From: Felis catus
Taxonomy: Eukaryota
Assembly: GCF_018350175.1 (NCBI RefSeq)
Contig: NC_058368.1
Span: forward strand, 39,620,001-39,684,000
DNA: 64,000 nt
Direction of reading: 5' to 3'
The notes below the pieces were generated by a model. That model was not told where the DNA came from and did no database searches. It worked only from the letters and a program-made list of their open reading frames with translations. Positions within the stretch are counted from its first letter, which is position 1. Each line of letters begins with the position of its first letter. Made by a program: the position numbers and the translations under genes. Positions 63,108 to 64,000 of this stretch are shown here, one piece after another.

Positions 63108-64000
63108 ACCACACACGTTCTTGGACACAGGCAGCAACTTTCATTTTCTTTGCATATAGCAGCCAGTACCATAGAAGTATCTTTGCTGCCACTCTTGTAC
63201 TCTTCCAGAGGTCCCAGCACAGAATTCTTTAGGCAAATTTAAAATGTCCTGACCTCTCCCATGTCTCTTCATGTAGCATATCATTACTTCTGATTTATTT
63301 ACCTTTTTATAATGAACTGAATATCTTTTAAATTCATAAAATACTTTGTAGTAAGAGTCATCTATATTATGTCCTCATAGTCTATTTCACATTTAGGGAT
63401 GTTCATCACTCAAAGGCTTATATATATTTCCTTTCGCAATTTTTCAATTTGTGTTTATAGTTGTTACTAAGCTGAAAGTACTAGACCACAAAAAATATCA
63501 GAACAAAAAAAGTATACACGAAAATAATTCTTCTGTCAGCAGATGAATATACTTTATCACCTTATATCTTCAGATTTATTTAATTGAGAGACCTTCTAAG
63601 AGTAAGTAAAGAAATATTTGATGTGTACTTTGAGAACATTATCATTCAAATTCTGAGTTGTAGAAGTAATACTAACCTCTTTTAATATTGCTAATGTATC
63701 ACTCTTTGCTGTCTTTCTCTTATAGCAGGAAATTATTCTTAGTCAAAATATCAGGTCACTGATGTTTGAATAACCCCTTCTTCTGAGAATTAGCTTCCAA
63801 TTTCAACTTATTTTTCTTTCTCTAGAAAGATATTTATAGCATAAGTGAATAATTTTTCAACAAGTGAAGAATTTAAAGGATAAATGTTACTCTGCTTGTG
63901 AAGTTTGTCTATGTGCTTCCCTTAAGTCGATAAGAGAATGTGTGGTAAAACTGTGGGTGTAACAGAAGGTGCTCAGACTGTCATAAAGCTGGAAGATATG

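Noticed and set aside
63690..63760. NAGNAG acceptor TTATAGCAG with a possible short exon
   Set aside because: The nearest donor (GTCACT) is weak; isolated acceptor-like sites are common in T-rich DNA.
1..64000. Supplied ORFs as protein-coding genes
   Set aside because: All are short; most overlap SINEs, L1s or microsatellites or are low-complexity, and no domain other than L1 ORF2 remnants is recognisable.
1..64000. CRISPR array, operon or prokaryotic/viral system
   Set aside because: No regularly spaced repeat-spacer units or dense ORFs; the recurring repeats are dispersed SINEs with TSDs.

Overview
This is AT-rich, non-coding mammalian DNA from a felid (cat family), either a large intron or an intergenic region. 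The assignment rests on about 33 tRNA-derived carnivore SINEs (Can-SINE/SINEC_Fc type, many with visible target-site duplications, TSDs) and carnivore L1 3' ends. The window also holds older eutherian repeats: L1M, L2, MIR, MLT1/MaLR, ERV1/ERVL solo LTRs, and hAT and Tigger DNA transposons. No protein-coding gene, RNA gene, CRISPR array or prokaryotic system is supported. The supplied ORFs are repeat-derived or chance; the only recognisable peptides are decayed L1 ORF2 C-termini. I found no convincing new biological system. The best leads are (1) a 1.3-kb three-part L1 that keeps both termini, has two large internal deletions and has an 18-bp palindrome at one junction; (2) a candidate 27-nt minus-strand microexon; (3) a near-perfect 20-bp hairpin in unique DNA; (4) two inverted neighbouring SINEs sharing rare variants; (5) a twin-primed L1 and several nested insertions. 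Repeat family names come from my recall of consensus sequences and need RepeatMasker/Dfam confirmation. Boundaries of old repeats are approximate.
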